Shown one piece after another: positions 1-10,870 of a stretch of 64,000 nt of DNA (the stretch's first letter is position 1; each line of letters begins with the position of its first letter). A model generated the notes under the pieces. The model was not told the origin of the DNA. It was given only the letters and a program-made list of their open reading frames with translations, and searched no databases. The stretch covers positions 1,184,001-1,248,000 of the forward strand of contig CAUVXB020000001.1 in NCBI GenBank assembly GCA_963555825.3. The letters run 5' to 3'. This DNA comes from Alphaproteobacteria bacterium (GTDB lineage Bacteria; Pseudomonadota; Alphaproteobacteria; JAAXGF01). Position numbers and translations under genes: made by a program.

Positions 1-18
1 CAAACGGATGGGCTGCCG

Positions 19-453
19 ATGACCGACACCGAGACCGACGTATACGAGGGCGGTTGCCTTTGCGGCACCGTGCGCTACCGCTGTACGGGCGCGCCGCTGT
101 GGGTCGCCCATTGCCACTGCGAAAGCTGCCGACGCGGCGCGGGCTGCGCCATGGTCACCTGGGCCGGTTTCGCCCGCGACGGGGTCGTGTTCACGGCGGG
201 TTGGCCGCAGCGCTACGCTTCCTCGCCCGGCGTGACTCGCAGCTTCTGTGCGAACTGCGGCACGCCGCTGACCTACGAGGCCGAACGCTGCGCCGACGAA
301 GTCCATTTCACCATCGGCACCTTCGACCAGCCCGAGGCATTGCCGCCGACCAAGCACGTCTTCGACGCGGAGCGGATTTCGTGGCTGCTTCTCGGCGACG
401 ACCTGCCCCGGTACGCGACCACCAGTAGCGATGAAGAAGCTTCATCGGGCTGA
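19..453 (+). CDS. GFA (glutathione-dependent formaldehyde-activating/CENP-V) family Zn-binding protein
   Basis: GGCLCGTVRY, AHCHCESCRR and RSFCANCGTPL cysteine motifs. Confidence 0.88.
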   Translation: MTDTETDVYEGGCLCGTVRYRCTGAPLWVAHCHCESCRRGAGCAMVTWAGFARDGVVFTAGWPQRYASSPGVTRSFCANCGTPLTYEAERCADEVHFTIGTFDQPEALPPTKHVFDAERISWLLLGDDLPRYATTSSDEEASSG

Positions 454-1374
454 CGCGCGTTGCCGCCCGGCGCGTTGCTTGGCATCCTCCTGCGCGGCCT
501 CGGCGAGCAGCCAGTCGCGGAACGCCACCATCCTCGGCCGCTCGGCGATCGCCTCTGGACAGACCAGGTAGAACGCCTCGTCGACCTCGAGAACGAAGTC
601 GAACGCGGTGACCAGCCAGCCTTCCGCTATCTCGTCCTCGACATAAGCGTGCGGCGCGAGCGCGACGCCGAGCCCGGCGTGGGCCGCCGAAAGCGCCAAC
701 GCCGTGTTGTCGTACCAACGGCCGCTCGCCGGATCGATCGTATCGACGCCCACGGCATCGAGCCACAGCGCCCAGTCCTCTTCGTCCTCCTCGTTGTGCA
801 GCAGCGTATGGCGCACGAGGTCGGCCGGCGTCTCGAGAGCGACCGGCCCGTCGCGTAACTCGGGGCTGCAGACGGCGACGAGGTCGTAGGCGAACAGACG
901 GTCGGCGCGCAGCCCCGGCCATGTTCCCGATCCCGTGCGGATGCCGAAGTCGACGTCCTCGCGCGACAGATCGACGACCCGGTCGGTGGTCACCAGATGA
1001 ACCTCGATGTTGGGATGCGCGGCGTGGAACGCGGCGAGCCTGGGGATCATCCAGGTCATCGCGAAGGTCGGCATCAGCGTGACCGCGAGGGTGTCGAGGC
1101 CGGCCGCGCCGAACAGGCGCTCTGTGCCCTGCATCAACCGGTCGAAGGCGTCGCGCACGATCGGCAGATAATCCTCGCCAACCTCGGTGAGCTCGATCCG
1201 GCGGCCGATGCGGCGGAACAGCGGGCGGCCAAGCTGCGCTTCGAGACCCTTGATGCGATGGCTGATCGCGCCCTGGGTGAAGTTGAGCTCCTCGGCGGCC
1301 TTGGTGAAGCTCGCATGCCGCGCGGCGGCCTCGAAGGCGCGCAGGGCATTGAGCGAAGGAAGCGGCACAGCCAT
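442..1374 (-). CDS. LysR family transcriptional regulator, GcvA-like
   Basis: N-terminal LPSLNALRAFEAAARHASFTKAAEELNFTQGAISHRIKGLE HTH plus a LysR substrate-binding domain. Confidence 0.92.
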   Translation of the reverse strand: MAVPLPSLNALRAFEAAARHASFTKAAEELNFTQGAISHRIKGLEAQLGRPLFRRIGRRIELTEVGEDYLPIVRDAFDRLMQGTERLFGAAGLDTLAVTLMPTFAMTWMIPRLAAFHAAHPNIEVHLVTTDRVVDLSREDVDFGIRTGSGTWPGLRADRLFAYDLVAVCSPELRDGPVALETPADLVRHTLLHNEEDEEDWALWLDAVGVDTIDPASGRWYDNTALALSAAHAGLGVALAPHAYVEDEIAEGWLVTAFDFVLEVDEAFYLVCPEAIAERPRMVAFRDWLLAEAAQEDAKQRAGRQRASAR

Positions 1375-1385
1375 GACATCAATAC

Positions 1386-1400
1386 ATGAACTTTTTTAAT
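1386..1400. promoter_or_regulatory. Putative LysR binding box (ATGA-N7-TAAT, T-N11-A)
   Basis: ATGAACTTTTTTAAT in an AT-rich divergent intergenic region just upstream of the LysR start. Confidence 0.55.
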
Positions 1401-1510
1401 TGATTAGATGAAGGTAAGTCGTTTGTCAAGCCGGGTTGGCAACCCTATATTTTACACAACATAGCTGTATGCATTGGATGCGTGTAGCCAGTACGAAGGA
1501 GACAACGACA

Positions 1511-1684
1511 ATGTTTATGAAAAATTTTAGTGCAACACTACTCATTCCGACGAGCATTCGCGAGAGCCATCGCGAGGCCGGCCGACGCGCCATGAACCGG
1601 ACCGACACGAGCCGCCGCACGGCCCGGTCTGGTCACGTCATCGACACCATCGTCGCCAGCATTCTGAGGCCCCGCCTCGGTTGA
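1511..1684 (+). CDS. Small hypothetical protein (57 aa) divergent from LysR
   Basis: AAGGAG RBS ahead of ATG 1511; typical position of a LysR target; no recognisable domain. Confidence 0.5.
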   Translation: MFMKNFSATLLIPTSIRESHREAGRRAMNRTDTSRRTARSGHVIDTIVASILRPRLG

Positions 1685-1935
1685 CTGGTCGGCAACGAGC
1701 GGCGCGATAACGCATAAGGAGACGAGCCGTTGCACGAATCAAACACGAGGGCGGCTGTCACCCTGTCGCCAATCACGGCCGGGTGACAGCCCGACTCGCG
1801 CCACCAACCCCCGACGACGATTCCAATACCGACACGCCCGCGCATCTGCTTTGCGCGCCCGCCGCACCTGTCCATGGTGAGAATTCCGAGTTAAGCTGCC
1901 TCCCGACAAGCAAACTGAAAACGGGGAGGAACCAC

Positions 1936-2907
1936 ATGCCCAAGCTGCGCACTCTGATCGGCGGCCTCATTGGCGCCGCGCTGGCGGCCAGCGTCGCCCA
2001 GGCCGAGACCTGGGAAATGCCGACGCCCTATGTCGACGCCGTCTTCCACACCCAGAACATCCGCCAATTCGCCGACGACGTGAAGGCCGCGACCAACGGC
2101 GGCCTGGTCATCAACGTCCACTCGGGCGGCTCGCTGTTCAAGCACCCCGAGATCAAGAAGGCGGTGCGCGGCGGTCAGGTGCCGATCGGCGAGTTCTTCC
2201 TGGCGCGGCTGAGCAACGAGAACCCGATTTTCGGCGTCGACACGCTTCCTTTCCTCGCCGCGAACTACGACCAGGCGGCCAAGCTGTGGGCCGCGTCGCG
2301 CCCGCAGATCGAGGCGCTGCTGGCCCAGCAGGGGCTCCAGGTGCTGTTCGCCGTGCCGTGGCCGCCCCAGGGGCTCTACGCCAAAAAGGAGTTGAAATCG
2401 CTCGACGACCTCAAGGGCGTCAAGTTCCGCGCCTACAACGTCGCGACTGAGACGATCGCGCGCCTGTCGGGCGCGGTGCCGACCCAGATCGAGGCGCCCG
2501 ATCTCTCGCAGGCCTTCGCCACGGGCCGCGTCGAGGCGATGATTACCTCGCCCTCGACCGGCGTCAGCAGCAAGTCGTGGGACGTGCTTTCCCACTTCCA
2601 CCACACCCAGGCCTGGGTGCCCAAGAACGTTACCGTGGTCAATAAGAAGGCCTTTGCACGGCTCGACGCGGCGACCCAAAAGGCCGTGCTCGACGCCGCG
2701 GCCAAGGCCGAGAAGCGCGGCTGGGACGCCAGCATCGCCGAGACCGACGCCAAAATCGCCATCCTCGCCGAGCACGGCATGACGATCATCACGCCGAGCG
2801 AGAAGCTGATGGCGGGCTTCCGCGAGATCGGCGACAAGATGGTCGGCGACTGGAAGGCCGAGGCGGGCGCCGACGGCGAGGCGATCCTCAAGGCATACGG
2901 CATGTAG
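1936..2907 (+). CDS. dctP: TRAP transporter substrate-binding protein
   Basis: Signal peptide, GGAGG RBS, DLKGVKFRAY motif, first gene of a dctPQM arrangement. Confidence 0.92.
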   Translation: MPKLRTLIGGLIGAALAASVAQAETWEMPTPYVDAVFHTQNIRQFADDVKAATNGGLVINVHSGGSLFKHPEIKKAVRGGQVPIGEFFLARLSNENPIFGVDTLPFLAANYDQAAKLWAASRPQIEALLAQQGLQVLFAVPWPPQGLYAKKELKSLDDLKGVKFRAYNVATETIARLSGAVPTQIEAPDLSQAFATGRVEAMITSPSTGVSSKSWDVLSHFHHTQAWVPKNVTVVNKKAFARLDAATQKAVLDAAAKAEKRGWDASIAETDAKIAILAEHGMTIITPSEKLMAGFREIGDKMVGDWKAEAGADGEAILKAYGM

Positions 2908-2913
2908 GGTCGC

Positions 2914-2938
2914 GGCGGGCGCCCATCGCGCGCCCGCC
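2914..2938 (+). terminator. Stem-loop after dctP (mRNA stabiliser or partial terminator)
   Basis: GGCGGGCGC / GCGCCCGCC inverted repeat. Confidence 0.4.
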
Positions 2939-2951
2939 ACCGCCTTTCCCG

Positions 2952-3506
2952 ATGCGCAAATTCCTCGACGGTCTCTACCGCGCCAGCGGCGCCTGCGCGG
3001 CGTTTTTCCTGCTGGCGATCTGCGCCATCGTGCTGGCGCAGGTCGGCGCCAATCTGATCGACGCGGTCGCCGACGCGCTGACCGGCACGCCGATCGGCCT
3101 GGTCATCCCGTCCTATGCCGAGTTCGCTGGCTTCTTCCTCGCCGCCGCGTCGTTTCTGGCGCTCGCCTACACGCTGCGCGCCGGCGGGCATATCCGTGTC
3201 ACGCTGGTCATTCAGCACCTCGGGCCGCGGGCGCGGCGCGCCGTCGAACTGTGGTGCAGTGCATCGGGCGCCGGACTCGCCGGTTACTTCGCCTGGTACG
3301 CCGTCGCGCTGGTCCTCGAATCGATCGAATTCGGCGACGTCTCGACAGGCATTGTGCCGGTTGCGCTCTGGCTGCCGCAATCGGCCATGGCGCTCGGCCT
3401 GATCGTTTTGACGATTGCGCTGATCGACGGCTTCATCGACGTCGTCAGGGGCGACGCGTCGGCGCTCGCGGCCGCCACCGACGAAGCCTCGTTCATCGGG
3501 CGCTGA
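2952..3506 (+). CDS. dctQ: TRAP transporter small permease
   Basis: Four TM segments, GGHIRVTL motif. Confidence 0.92.
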   Translation: MRKFLDGLYRASGACAAFFLLAICAIVLAQVGANLIDAVADALTGTPIGLVIPSYAEFAGFFLAAASFLALAYTLRAGGHIRVTLVIQHLGPRARRAVELWCSASGAGLAGYFAWYAVALVLESIEFGDVSTGIVPVALWLPQSAMALGLIVLTIALIDGFIDVVRGDASALAAATDEASFIGR

Positions 3507-3508
3507 GC

Positions 3509-4810
3509 GTGGAACAGGTCGGCTTCACCATCGTGCTTGTCGTCGTGCTGTTCGCGTTGCTCGGCAGCGGGCTCTGGGTCGCGGTCTCGCTCCTCGGCGT
3601 CGGGCTGGTCGGCATGACGATGTTCACCTCGGCGCCGGCCGGCCTGGTGCTGGCGACCACGGTCTGGGGGGCGAGCAACTCGTGGGCGCTCGCCGCGCTG
3701 CCGCTGTTCATTTGGATGGGCGAAATCCTGTTCCGCTCGCGCCTCTCGGAGGACATGTTCGCCGGCCTCGCGCCTTGGCTCGACCACCTGCCCGGGCGTC
3801 TGTTGCACGTCAACATCCTGGGCTGCGGCGTGTTCGCCGCCGTCTCGGGCTCGTCGGCAGCGACCGCCGCGACGATCGGCAAGATGTCCCTGCCCGAGCT
3901 TGCCAAGCGCGGCTACGACCGCACCATGTCGATCGGCACGCTGGCCGGCTCGGGCACGCTCGGGCTGTTGATCCCGCCCTCGATCATCCTGATCGTCTAT
4001 GGCGTCGCGACCGAGGAATCGATCGCCCGGCTGTTCATCGCCGGCGTGCTTCCCGGCCTGATGTTGGTCATCCTGTTCATGGGCTACGTCGTCGTCTGGG
4101 CGCTGCTCAATCCGGCCAAGGTGCCGGCCGACCGACTCGGCATGGGTCTCGCCGATCGCCTGCGCCAGACGCGGCGGCTGATCCCGGTGCTGCTGGTCAT
4201 CGCCGGGGTGATCGGCTCGATCTACTTCGGCATCGCCTCGCCGACCGACGCCGCGGCGGTCGGCGTACTGCTCTCGCTGGTGCTGTCATGGTTCTCGGGC
4301 ACGCTCACCAAGGCGACCTTCATCGACGGGCTGATGGGCGCGACGCGCACCTCGTGCATGATCGCCTTCATCCTGGCCGGCGCCGCGTTCCTCACCGTCG
4401 CGATGGGCTTCACCGGCATTCCGCGACTGCTCGCCGAATGGATCGGCTCGTTCGACCTCTCGCCCCTCATGCTGCTCGTGGTGCTCACGGTGTTCTTCAT
4501 CGTGCTCGGCTGCTTCCTCGACGGCATCTCGGTCGTCGTGCTGACCACGGCCGTCATACAGCCGATGGTCGAGCAGGCCGGCATCGACCGCATCTGGTTC
4601 GGCATCTTCATCGTGCTGGTCGTCGAGATGGCGCAGATCACGCCGCCGGTCGGCTTCAACCTGTTCGTCATCCAGGGCCTGACCGATCACAACATCCTCG
4701 AGGTCGCGCGCGCCGCCCTGCCCTTCTTCTTCCTCCTGCTGCTCGGCGTCGTGCTGCTCGTCGCCTTCCCCGGCCTCGCCACCTGGCTGCCGTCGCAGAT
4801 GTGGAGCTAG
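3509..4810 (+). CDS. dctM: TRAP transporter large permease
   Basis: GTG start after dctQ; LAALPLFIWMGEIL, GTLGLLIPPS and ITPPVGFNLFV motifs. Confidence 0.93.
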   Translation: MEQVGFTIVLVVVLFALLGSGLWVAVSLLGVGLVGMTMFTSAPAGLVLATTVWGASNSWALAALPLFIWMGEILFRSRLSEDMFAGLAPWLDHLPGRLLHVNILGCGVFAAVSGSSAATAATIGKMSLPELAKRGYDRTMSIGTLAGSGTLGLLIPPSIILIVYGVATEESIARLFIAGVLPGLMLVILFMGYVVVWALLNPAKVPADRLGMGLADRLRQTRRLIPVLLVIAGVIGSIYFGIASPTDAAAVGVLLSLVLSWFSGTLTKATFIDGLMGATRTSCMIAFILAGAAFLTVAMGFTGIPRLLAEWIGSFDLSPLMLLVVLTVFFIVLGCFLDGISVVVLTTAVIQPMVEQAGIDRIWFGIFIVLVVEMAQITPPVGFNLFVIQGLTDHNILEVARAALPFFFLLLLGVVLLVAFPGLATWLPSQMWS

Positions 4811-4877
4811 TTTAGGTTACGGTCATCATTGCTTCGCAACGGTGACCCGCACTCAGCCGCCGCGCATGCCAATCTTA

Positions 4878-6053
4878 TACCAGTGAGCGCCTGAATTGAC
4901 TCTCGGGATATTCATTGATGGCGGATGATGGCGGATTGTGATTCTATGGTCTCCCACCAGATGTGGGGGATGTCATGGGATCAGCACTCAAGATACGGGA
5001 TGATTTGACGCCTTTGGAGCTTCGGCGCTGGGCTCGCGTGGAATCGTACGGTCGAGCGGCGGCGCGGGCCTATGGGATCGCGAATGCTTTGGAGGAGATG
5101 CCCCGGGCTGATGCCGCGCGGCTTGCGGGGATGGATCGCCAAACGCTTCGCGACGCGGTTGTTCGTTACAATGCAAAGGGATTGGAGGGGCTTCACGACC
5201 GTCCAAAGGGCTACTCGCCGCGGCGGCTGACGGCAGACGAGGAAGCGGCGCTGGCGGCGGTCATCATCGCCGGGCCGGAGCCTGAGCGCGACGGGGTTTG
5301 CGCCTGGACCCGGGCCGATCTGTGCCGCTGGCTGGAGGAGCGCTTCGCCAAGACCTACCACCCCTCGAGCATGACCCGGGTTCTACGGCGGATGGGATTT
5401 TCCCGCCAGAAGGCGCGCCCGAGCCACCCGCGAAGGGACGCCGAAGCGCAGGAGCGCTTCAAAAAAGGGGGCTTCGCGACATCCTGAAGGCGACCGCCGC
5501 GGCGCATCCCGACAAGCGCCTACAGCTGTGGTTTCAGGATGAAGCGCGCGTCGGCAACAAGGGCCGGGTGTGTCACCGGTGGTGGCGCAGGGGCGAGCGT
5601 GCCCCCGGGACGCGTCAAATCGGCTACCAGTGGGCCTACATCTTCTCCGCCGTGCGCCCGGACACCGGCGACGACGTCACCCTGGTGATGCCGAGCGTCA
5701 ACGCCAAGGTCATGGACCTGTTTCTCGCACACTTCGCCGATACCCTGGACCAGGATGCGCACGCCGTCATGATGTGCGACGGCGCCGGTTGGCACGACGA
5801 GCGCGCCCTCACCGTCCCCGACAACGTCACCTTGGCGCTGTTGCCGCCTTACAGTCCCGAACTCAACCCCGTCGAGCGGGTTTGGCTCTACCTACGCGAA
5901 CGCTTCCTATCGCTCCGCGTCCTCGACGACACCGAGGCCATCATCGACGCCTGTTGCCAAGCATGGATCGACCTCATCGCAGAACCGGATCGTATGCGAA
6001 CCCTCTGCGCCTATCCATGGATCATGAAGGTGATTTCATAGGCTCACTGGTAT
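4878..6053 (+). mobile_element. IS630 family insertion sequence
   Basis: Terminal IR TACCAGTGAGC / GCTCACTGGTA; TA duplication at 4876-4877 and 6054-6055. Confidence 0.9.
4963..6041 (+). CDS. IS630 transposase (orfA HTH + orfB DDE, joined by -1 frameshift)
   Basis: AAAAAAGGGG slippery site at 5461-5470; WFQDEAR, DGAGWH and PPYSPELNPVERVW motifs. Confidence 0.9.
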
Positions 6054-6151
6054 TAATCCCACAAGGACTGGCCGAACGGTCGGCGGCGCCCCTCTTGTTG
6101 GGATAAGATTGGCGCGCACTGGCATGATCCGATCGTATTAAGTCGGTCGGA

Positions 6152-7642
6152 TTATGAATTGGGCGTGCGCCTGACGCCTTCGCGCAAGTTCTTGTAGGGC
6201 AGCTTGGCCGGGTCGGCGGTGTTCGGGCCGGGCGCCTCGACGACCAGGACCTCGGAAGCGAGCGGCTCGAAATCGGCGCGGAAGTGGACCGAGCTCTTGA
6301 GCGCGAGAGTCCGCTGGGCGGCCGGCTCGACACCGAGGTGCCGGAAGATCGCCTGATCGCCCGCCTGCAGCTTGCGGCTCGCGACAATGACCCGCACACC
6401 CCTGCCCGGCGCATCGGCGACGCGCAACAGCGCCATGCGGCCGAGCCGCATGCGGCTGCCGAGCCACATCGGCCCGGTCGCCGTGAAGGCGCCGTCGCCG
6501 AGCGCCTCGACGACCATCGGCCGCGTGAACGGCGCGTGGCCGGGCAGTCCCGACCAGGCGCCGAGCCTGGGCTCGATTCGCGCACCCTCGCCCGCTTCGT
6601 GGGCCTGCTCGGCGGTCGCCGGGTCGAACATCATGGCGACCACCGTGTCGGGCGCATCGGCCGCCGCCAACGCCTCCAACAGCCAGACCGTGTCGGCATT
6701 GCCGCCGGCGCCCGGATTGTCCTGGGTGTCGGCGAGGATGACCGGTCGGTCGCTCGTGTTGGCGAGCGCCCTGGCGACCGCCTCATCGACCGAATAGGTG
6801 TCGAGCTTGAAGCCGGCCTCGCGCGCCATGACCTCGTCGTAGAGCGCATCGGCCGCATGCTCGGCCGAAGCCGCGTCCCAAGCGTAGGCCGTGACCGCCG
6901 GGCCGCATTCGAGAATGTCGGCGGGCGGAAAGCCGGGCGCGAACGACAGGCTCGCGACGCCACCCGCCTCGAGCGCGCCGAGCCGCGCGTAGAGCGACTT
7001 CGACGGCTCGTACATGGTGCACTGGGCGGTCAGCGGAATCAGGTAGGGCAGCTTGCGGAACGCGGCGGCCGGCGCGCGGTCGCGCGCGAACATGTCGACG
7101 AGCAGCCGCGCCGCACGCTCGCCGGTCTCGGCCATGTCGATATGCGGGTATGTGCGGTAGGCGATCAGGGCGGAAGCGCGCGCCACCATCGCCTCGGTGA
7201 TGTTGGTGTGCAGATCGAGACTCGCGATCACCGGAACACGCTCGCCAACCACCGTGCGCACGCGGCGCAGCGTCTCGCCCTCGCCGTCCTGATAATCGTC
7301 GGTCACCATCGCGCCGTGCAGGTCGAGATAGACCGCGTCGAACGGGCCGCCGTTCGCCAGGTCGGCACAGATCATCGCCGTGATGCGCTCGAAAGCGTCG
7401 GTCGTGACTTGCGCCGACGGCGGCGCCGAGCACCACAGCAAGGGCGCGACACCGTGGCCGGCGCCACGGATCGCCTCGACGAAGCCGGCGATCGGCAGGT
7501 TGATGCCGGCGACCGCGTCGAACATGTCGGCGCCGCGCGTCAGCCCCGGCCAGCCGTCGGCCTGCACGAAGTTGGCGTAGGTCGCGGGCGACGGCGCGAA
7601 GGTGTTGGTCTCGTGCTGGAAGCCGCCGGCGGCGATTCTCAT
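6152..7642 (-). CDS. M81 family metallopeptidase (MlrC-like)
   Basis: HETNTF, LDLHGAM, SLDLH, YRTYPHID, DNPGAG and KSSVHFRADF motifs. Confidence 0.92.
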   Translation of the reverse strand: MRIAAGGFQHETNTFAPSPATYANFVQADGWPGLTRGADMFDAVAGINLPIAGFVEAIRGAGHGVAPLLWCSAPPSAQVTTDAFERITAMICADLANGGPFDAVYLDLHGAMVTDDYQDGEGETLRRVRTVVGERVPVIASLDLHTNITEAMVARASALIAYRTYPHIDMAETGERAARLLVDMFARDRAPAAAFRKLPYLIPLTAQCTMYEPSKSLYARLGALEAGGVASLSFAPGFPPADILECGPAVTAYAWDAASAEHAADALYDEVMAREAGFKLDTYSVDEAVARALANTSDRPVILADTQDNPGAGGNADTVWLLEALAAADAPDTVVAMMFDPATAEQAHEAGEGARIEPRLGAWSGLPGHAPFTRPMVVEALGDGAFTATGPMWLGSRMRLGRMALLRVADAPGRGVRVIVASRKLQAGDQAIFRHLGVEPAAQRTLALKSSVHFRADFEPLASEVLVVEAPGPNTADPAKLPYKNLREGVRRTPNS

Positions 7643-7732
7643 GACTGCCCGGCCCGTCTCACCGTCAACGGTTGAAGGCGGCGGCCGGATCGCCCATCAT
7701 GGGGCCGAGGCGCGACGGCAACGAGCAGACAG

Positions 7733-8134
7733 ATGACAGACCGCTTCGTCAGGGATTTGATCAAGCGACCGACGGCGATCGAAATCGGTCCGGACGCCAT
7801 GGTGCGCGAGGCCTGCAAGCTGATGGCCGAGCACGGCATCGGCGCGGTCCTGGTCATGCGCGACGCGGCGATCGAAGGTATCTTCACCGAACGCGACGCG
7901 CTCAACCGCGTGCTCGCCGAGGGGCGCGACCCCGACGAAACGCGCGTCGGCGCGGTGATGACGCCCGAGCCGGTCACCCTCGGTCCCGAGGCCACCGCGG
8001 TCGACGCACTCAGGCTGATGACCCAGATCGGCTTCCGCCACCTGCCCATCGTCGAGCAAGGCCGCGTGTACGGCATCATCTCGATGCGCGACTTCGTCGG
8101 CGCCGAGCTGCAGCAGGCGGGCGAGGACGGCTGA
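7733..8134 (+). CDS. CBS domain pair protein
   Basis: GIFTERD, VMTPEPVT, FRHLPIV and GIISMRD motifs. Confidence 0.9.
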   Translation: MTDRFVRDLIKRPTAIEIGPDAMVREACKLMAEHGIGAVLVMRDAAIEGIFTERDALNRVLAEGRDPDETRVGAVMTPEPVTLGPEATAVDALRLMTQIGFRHLPIVEQGRVYGIISMRDFVGAELQQAGEDG

Positions 8135-8160
8135 GCGCCGATCGAGCGGGCCACGCCGGC

Positions 8161-9882
8161 TCAGATATCCGCATAGACGTGGCGCTCCTCGCGGGCGCCG
8201 GGGTGGGTAACCGCGCCCTTGACCGCCGGGCCGACGGTCTGGGCGTAGCGCCACAGCGCGCCCGAGGCGAAGTCGTTCCGGCGCGGCTGCCAAGCCTTGC
8301 GCCGCGTCTCGAGCTCGTCCTCGGCGACCTCGAGGTCGAACACGCCGTCGATGGCGTCGATGACCACGATGTCGCCATTCTCCAAGAGGCCGATGGGTCC
8401 GCCGACCGCCGCCTCGGGGCCGATATGACCGACGCAGAGGCCACGGGTGCCGCCCGAGAAGCGCCCGTCGGTGATCAGCGCCACGCCCTCGAGGCCGAGC
8501 CCGGTGATGGCCGCGGTGGTCGACAGCATCTCGCGCATGCCGGGCCCACCCACCGGGCCTTCGTAGCGGATGACGATGCAGTCGCCTTCCTTGATGTCGC
8601 CGCCGATCACGGCCGCGAAGGCGTCCTCCTCGCGGTCGAAGCAGCGCGCCGGGCCGCGGAAGCGCTGGGCTGCCTCGGACATGTGGGCGACCTTGACGAT
8701 GGCGCCCTCGGGCGCCAGGCGGTCCTTGAGGCCGACCACCCCGCCGGTCGGCGAGAGCGGCGCGGCGGTGCGGACGACGACGTCCTGGCCCTCGGGGAAG
8801 ACCACGCCCGAGTGGTTCTCGGCGAGCGTCTTGCCGGTCACCGTCAGCGCGTCGCCGTACAGGTAGCCGGAATCCAACAGTTCCTTGATTATCACCTGGA
8901 CGCCGCCGACCTCGTAGAGGTCCTTGGCGACGTATTGGCCGTTGGGCTTGAGGTTGGCGATCAGCGGCGTGCGCTTGAAGCAGGCGGCGACGTCGTGCAG
9001 GTCGAAGTCGATGCCGGCCTCGTTGGCGATCGCCGGCAGGTGCAGCGCCGCGTTGGTCGAGCCGCCGGTCGCCGCCACGACGATGGCGGCATTCTCGAGC
9101 GCCGCGCGGGTGACGATATCGCGCGGCCGAATGCCCATCTCGAGCAGCTTGAGCACCGCCTGGCCCGAGTACTCGGCGTACTGGTCGCGCGATTCGTAGG
9201 GCGCCGGCGCGCCGGCCGAGCCGGGCAGCGCCAAACCGATCGCCTCGGAGACGCAGGCCATGGTGTTGGCGGTGAACTGGCCGCCGCAGGAGCCGCCCGA
9301 GGGACAGGCGGCCATCTCCAGGGTGTGCAAATCCTCGTCGCTCATCGTGCCGGCGGCGTGCCTTCCGACGCCCTCGAAGACGTCGACGATGGTCACGTCC
9401 TTGTTTTGGAAGCGGCCGGGCAGGATCGAGCCGCCGTACATGAACACCGAAGGCACGTTGAGGCGAACCATGACCATCATCATGCCGGGCAGCGACTTGT
9501 CGCAGCCGGCCAGACCGACCAGCGCGTCATAGCAGTGCCCGCGCATGGTGAGCTCGACCGAATCGGCGATGACCTCGCGCGAGACCAGCGAGGACTTCAT
9601 GCCGGCATGGCCCATGGCGATGCCGTCGGTCACGGTGATGGTGGTGAATTCGCGCGGCGTGCCGCCGGCGGCGCGCACGCCCTGCTTGACCATCTGCGCC
9701 TGGCGCGAGAGCGTGATGTTGCACGGCGCGGCCTCGTTCCAGGTCGTCGCGACGCCGACCAGCGGCTGGGCGACCTCCTCCTCGGTGACGCCCATGGCGT
9801 AGAGGAAGGCGCGGTGCGGCGCCCGCTCGGGGCCGACGGTGGTGTGACGGCTCGGCAGCTTCGACTTGTCGAAGGCGGTCAT
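8161..9882 (-). CDS. ilvD: Dihydroxy-acid dehydratase
   Basis: [32 protein letters not shown] and TDGRFSGG motifs. Confidence 0.96.
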   Translation of the reverse strand: MTAFDKSKLPSRHTTVGPERAPHRAFLYAMGVTEEEVAQPLVGVATTWNEAAPCNITLSRQAQMVKQGVRAAGGTPREFTTITVTDGIAMGHAGMKSSLVSREVIADSVELTMRGHCYDALVGLAGCDKSLPGMMMVMVRLNVPSVFMYGGSILPGRFQNKDVTIVDVFEGVGRHAAGTMSDEDLHTLEMAACPSGGSCGGQFTANTMACVSEAIGLALPGSAGAPAPYESRDQYAEYSGQAVLKLLEMGIRPRDIVTRAALENAAIVVAATGGSTNAALHLPAIANEAGIDFDLHDVAACFKRTPLIANLKPNGQYVAKDLYEVGGVQVIIKELLDSGYLYGDALTVTGKTLAENHSGVVFPEGQDVVVRTAAPLSPTGGVVGLKDRLAPEGAIVKVAHMSEAAQRFRGPARCFDREEDAFAAVIGGDIKEGDCIVIRYEGPVGGPGMREMLSTTAAITGLGLEGVALITDGRFSGGTRGLCVGHIGPEAAVGGPIGLLENGDIVVIDAIDGVFDLEVAEDELETRRKAWQPRRNDFASGALWRYAQTVGPAVKGAVTHPGAREERHVYADI

Positions 9883-9947
9883 CGGTGGTGTCCTTTCCCC
9901 TGCAAGCGACAATCTGTCCTGTTGGGCCGCACCATAGGCGGCGCGGT

Positions 9948-10859
9948 CTAGCCGATCAACGCCTTGAGCGCGGCGATGTGCTCGGGTCCGGTGCCGCAGC
10001 AGCCGCCGATCAATCGCGCGCCATGGTCGATCCAGGTTTGCGCGTGCGTGGCATAAGACGTCGGGTCGAGGTCGTCGCGCAGCGGGATCAGGCCGTCGGC
10101 GTGCTTGGCGCCGCCGAGTTCCCAGTCGGGCGGCACCGGCACGAAGCTGTTGGCGTAACCGCCCGCCGGCGGGCCCAGCGCGGCCAGCTCGGGCATCGCC
10201 GTCGTGACGCTTTCGGGCGTGCAGCAGTTGACCAGATAGGCCGAGACCGGCAGATGCGCGATCACGGCGTGGGCCTCGGCGAGCGTCTCGCCGCTGCGCA
10301 GCCGGCCCGAGTTGTCCTCGTGCAGCGTCCAGGAAACCCAGACCGGCTTGCCCGTCGAGGTTGCCGCGGTGGCGGCGCCGAGGCCCTCGGCGGCCGAGGA
10401 CATGGTCTCGCAGATCAGCACATCGACATGGGGCGCGAGGATCTCGGCCTGCTCGCGGTAAAGCGGCTCGATGACCGCGAATGGCTCGACCCGATCGGGC
10501 CGGTAACTGCCGCGCAACGGCGGTAGCGAACCGGCGACCGATACGTCGCGGCCCGACGCGTCGCGCGCTTGCGCCGCGAGCCGGCAGGCCATCAGGTTCA
10601 ATTCCTCGAAACGGTCCTCGATGCCCTCCGTGGCGAGTTTGGCGCGGATCACGCTGTAGGTATTGACGGTGATGACGTCGGCGCCGGCGGCGATGAAGTC
10701 GGCATGCGCCTCGCGCACCACCTCGGGCGCGACGATCAGCGCGTTGGCCGACCAGATCGTGCTCGTAATGTCGACGCCGCGGCGGCGCAGCTCGCGCCCC
10801 ATGCCGCCGTCCATGAGCACCGTGCGTTCGGGCAGCGAAACGGTCGGAATGTCGGTCAT
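9948..10859 (-). CDS. Homocysteine S-methyltransferase family protein
   Basis: MDGGMG, VAGSLPP, VNC and IGGCCG motifs. Confidence 0.9.
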   Translation of the reverse strand: MTDIPTVSLPERTVLMDGGMGRELRRRGVDITSTIWSANALIVAPEVVREAHADFIAAGADVITVNTYSVIRAKLATEGIEDRFEELNLMACRLAAQARDASGRDVSVAGSLPPLRGSYRPDRVEPFAVIEPLYREQAEILAPHVDVLICETMSSAAEGLGAATAATSTGKPVWVSWTLHEDNSGRLRSGETLAEAHAVIAHLPVSAYLVNCCTPESVTTAMPELAALGPPAGGYANSFVPVPPDWELGGAKHADGLIPLRDDLDPTSYATHAQTWIDHGARLIGGCCGTGPEHIAALKALIG

Positions 10860-10870
10860 CGGATCGGCGC

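Larger units (their letters stand above)
4812..6140 (-). repeat. Intergenic repeat family copy 1 (~150 bp), split by IS630 into 4812-4877 and 6054-6140
   Basis: Reverse complement of the empty site aligns with 37605-37765 (GCGCCAATCT, GCCGCCGACCGTTCGGCCAGT, CTTGTGGGATTAAGA, GGCATGCGCGGCG.CTGAG.GC.GGTCACC). Confidence 0.8.

Noticed and set aside
7672-9951. Long opposite-strand ORFs (7672-9951, 13141-15534, 17442-19031, 27899-29653, 52399-54504 and similar)
   Set aside because: Antisense shadows of well-supported genes caused by high GC3; no motifs
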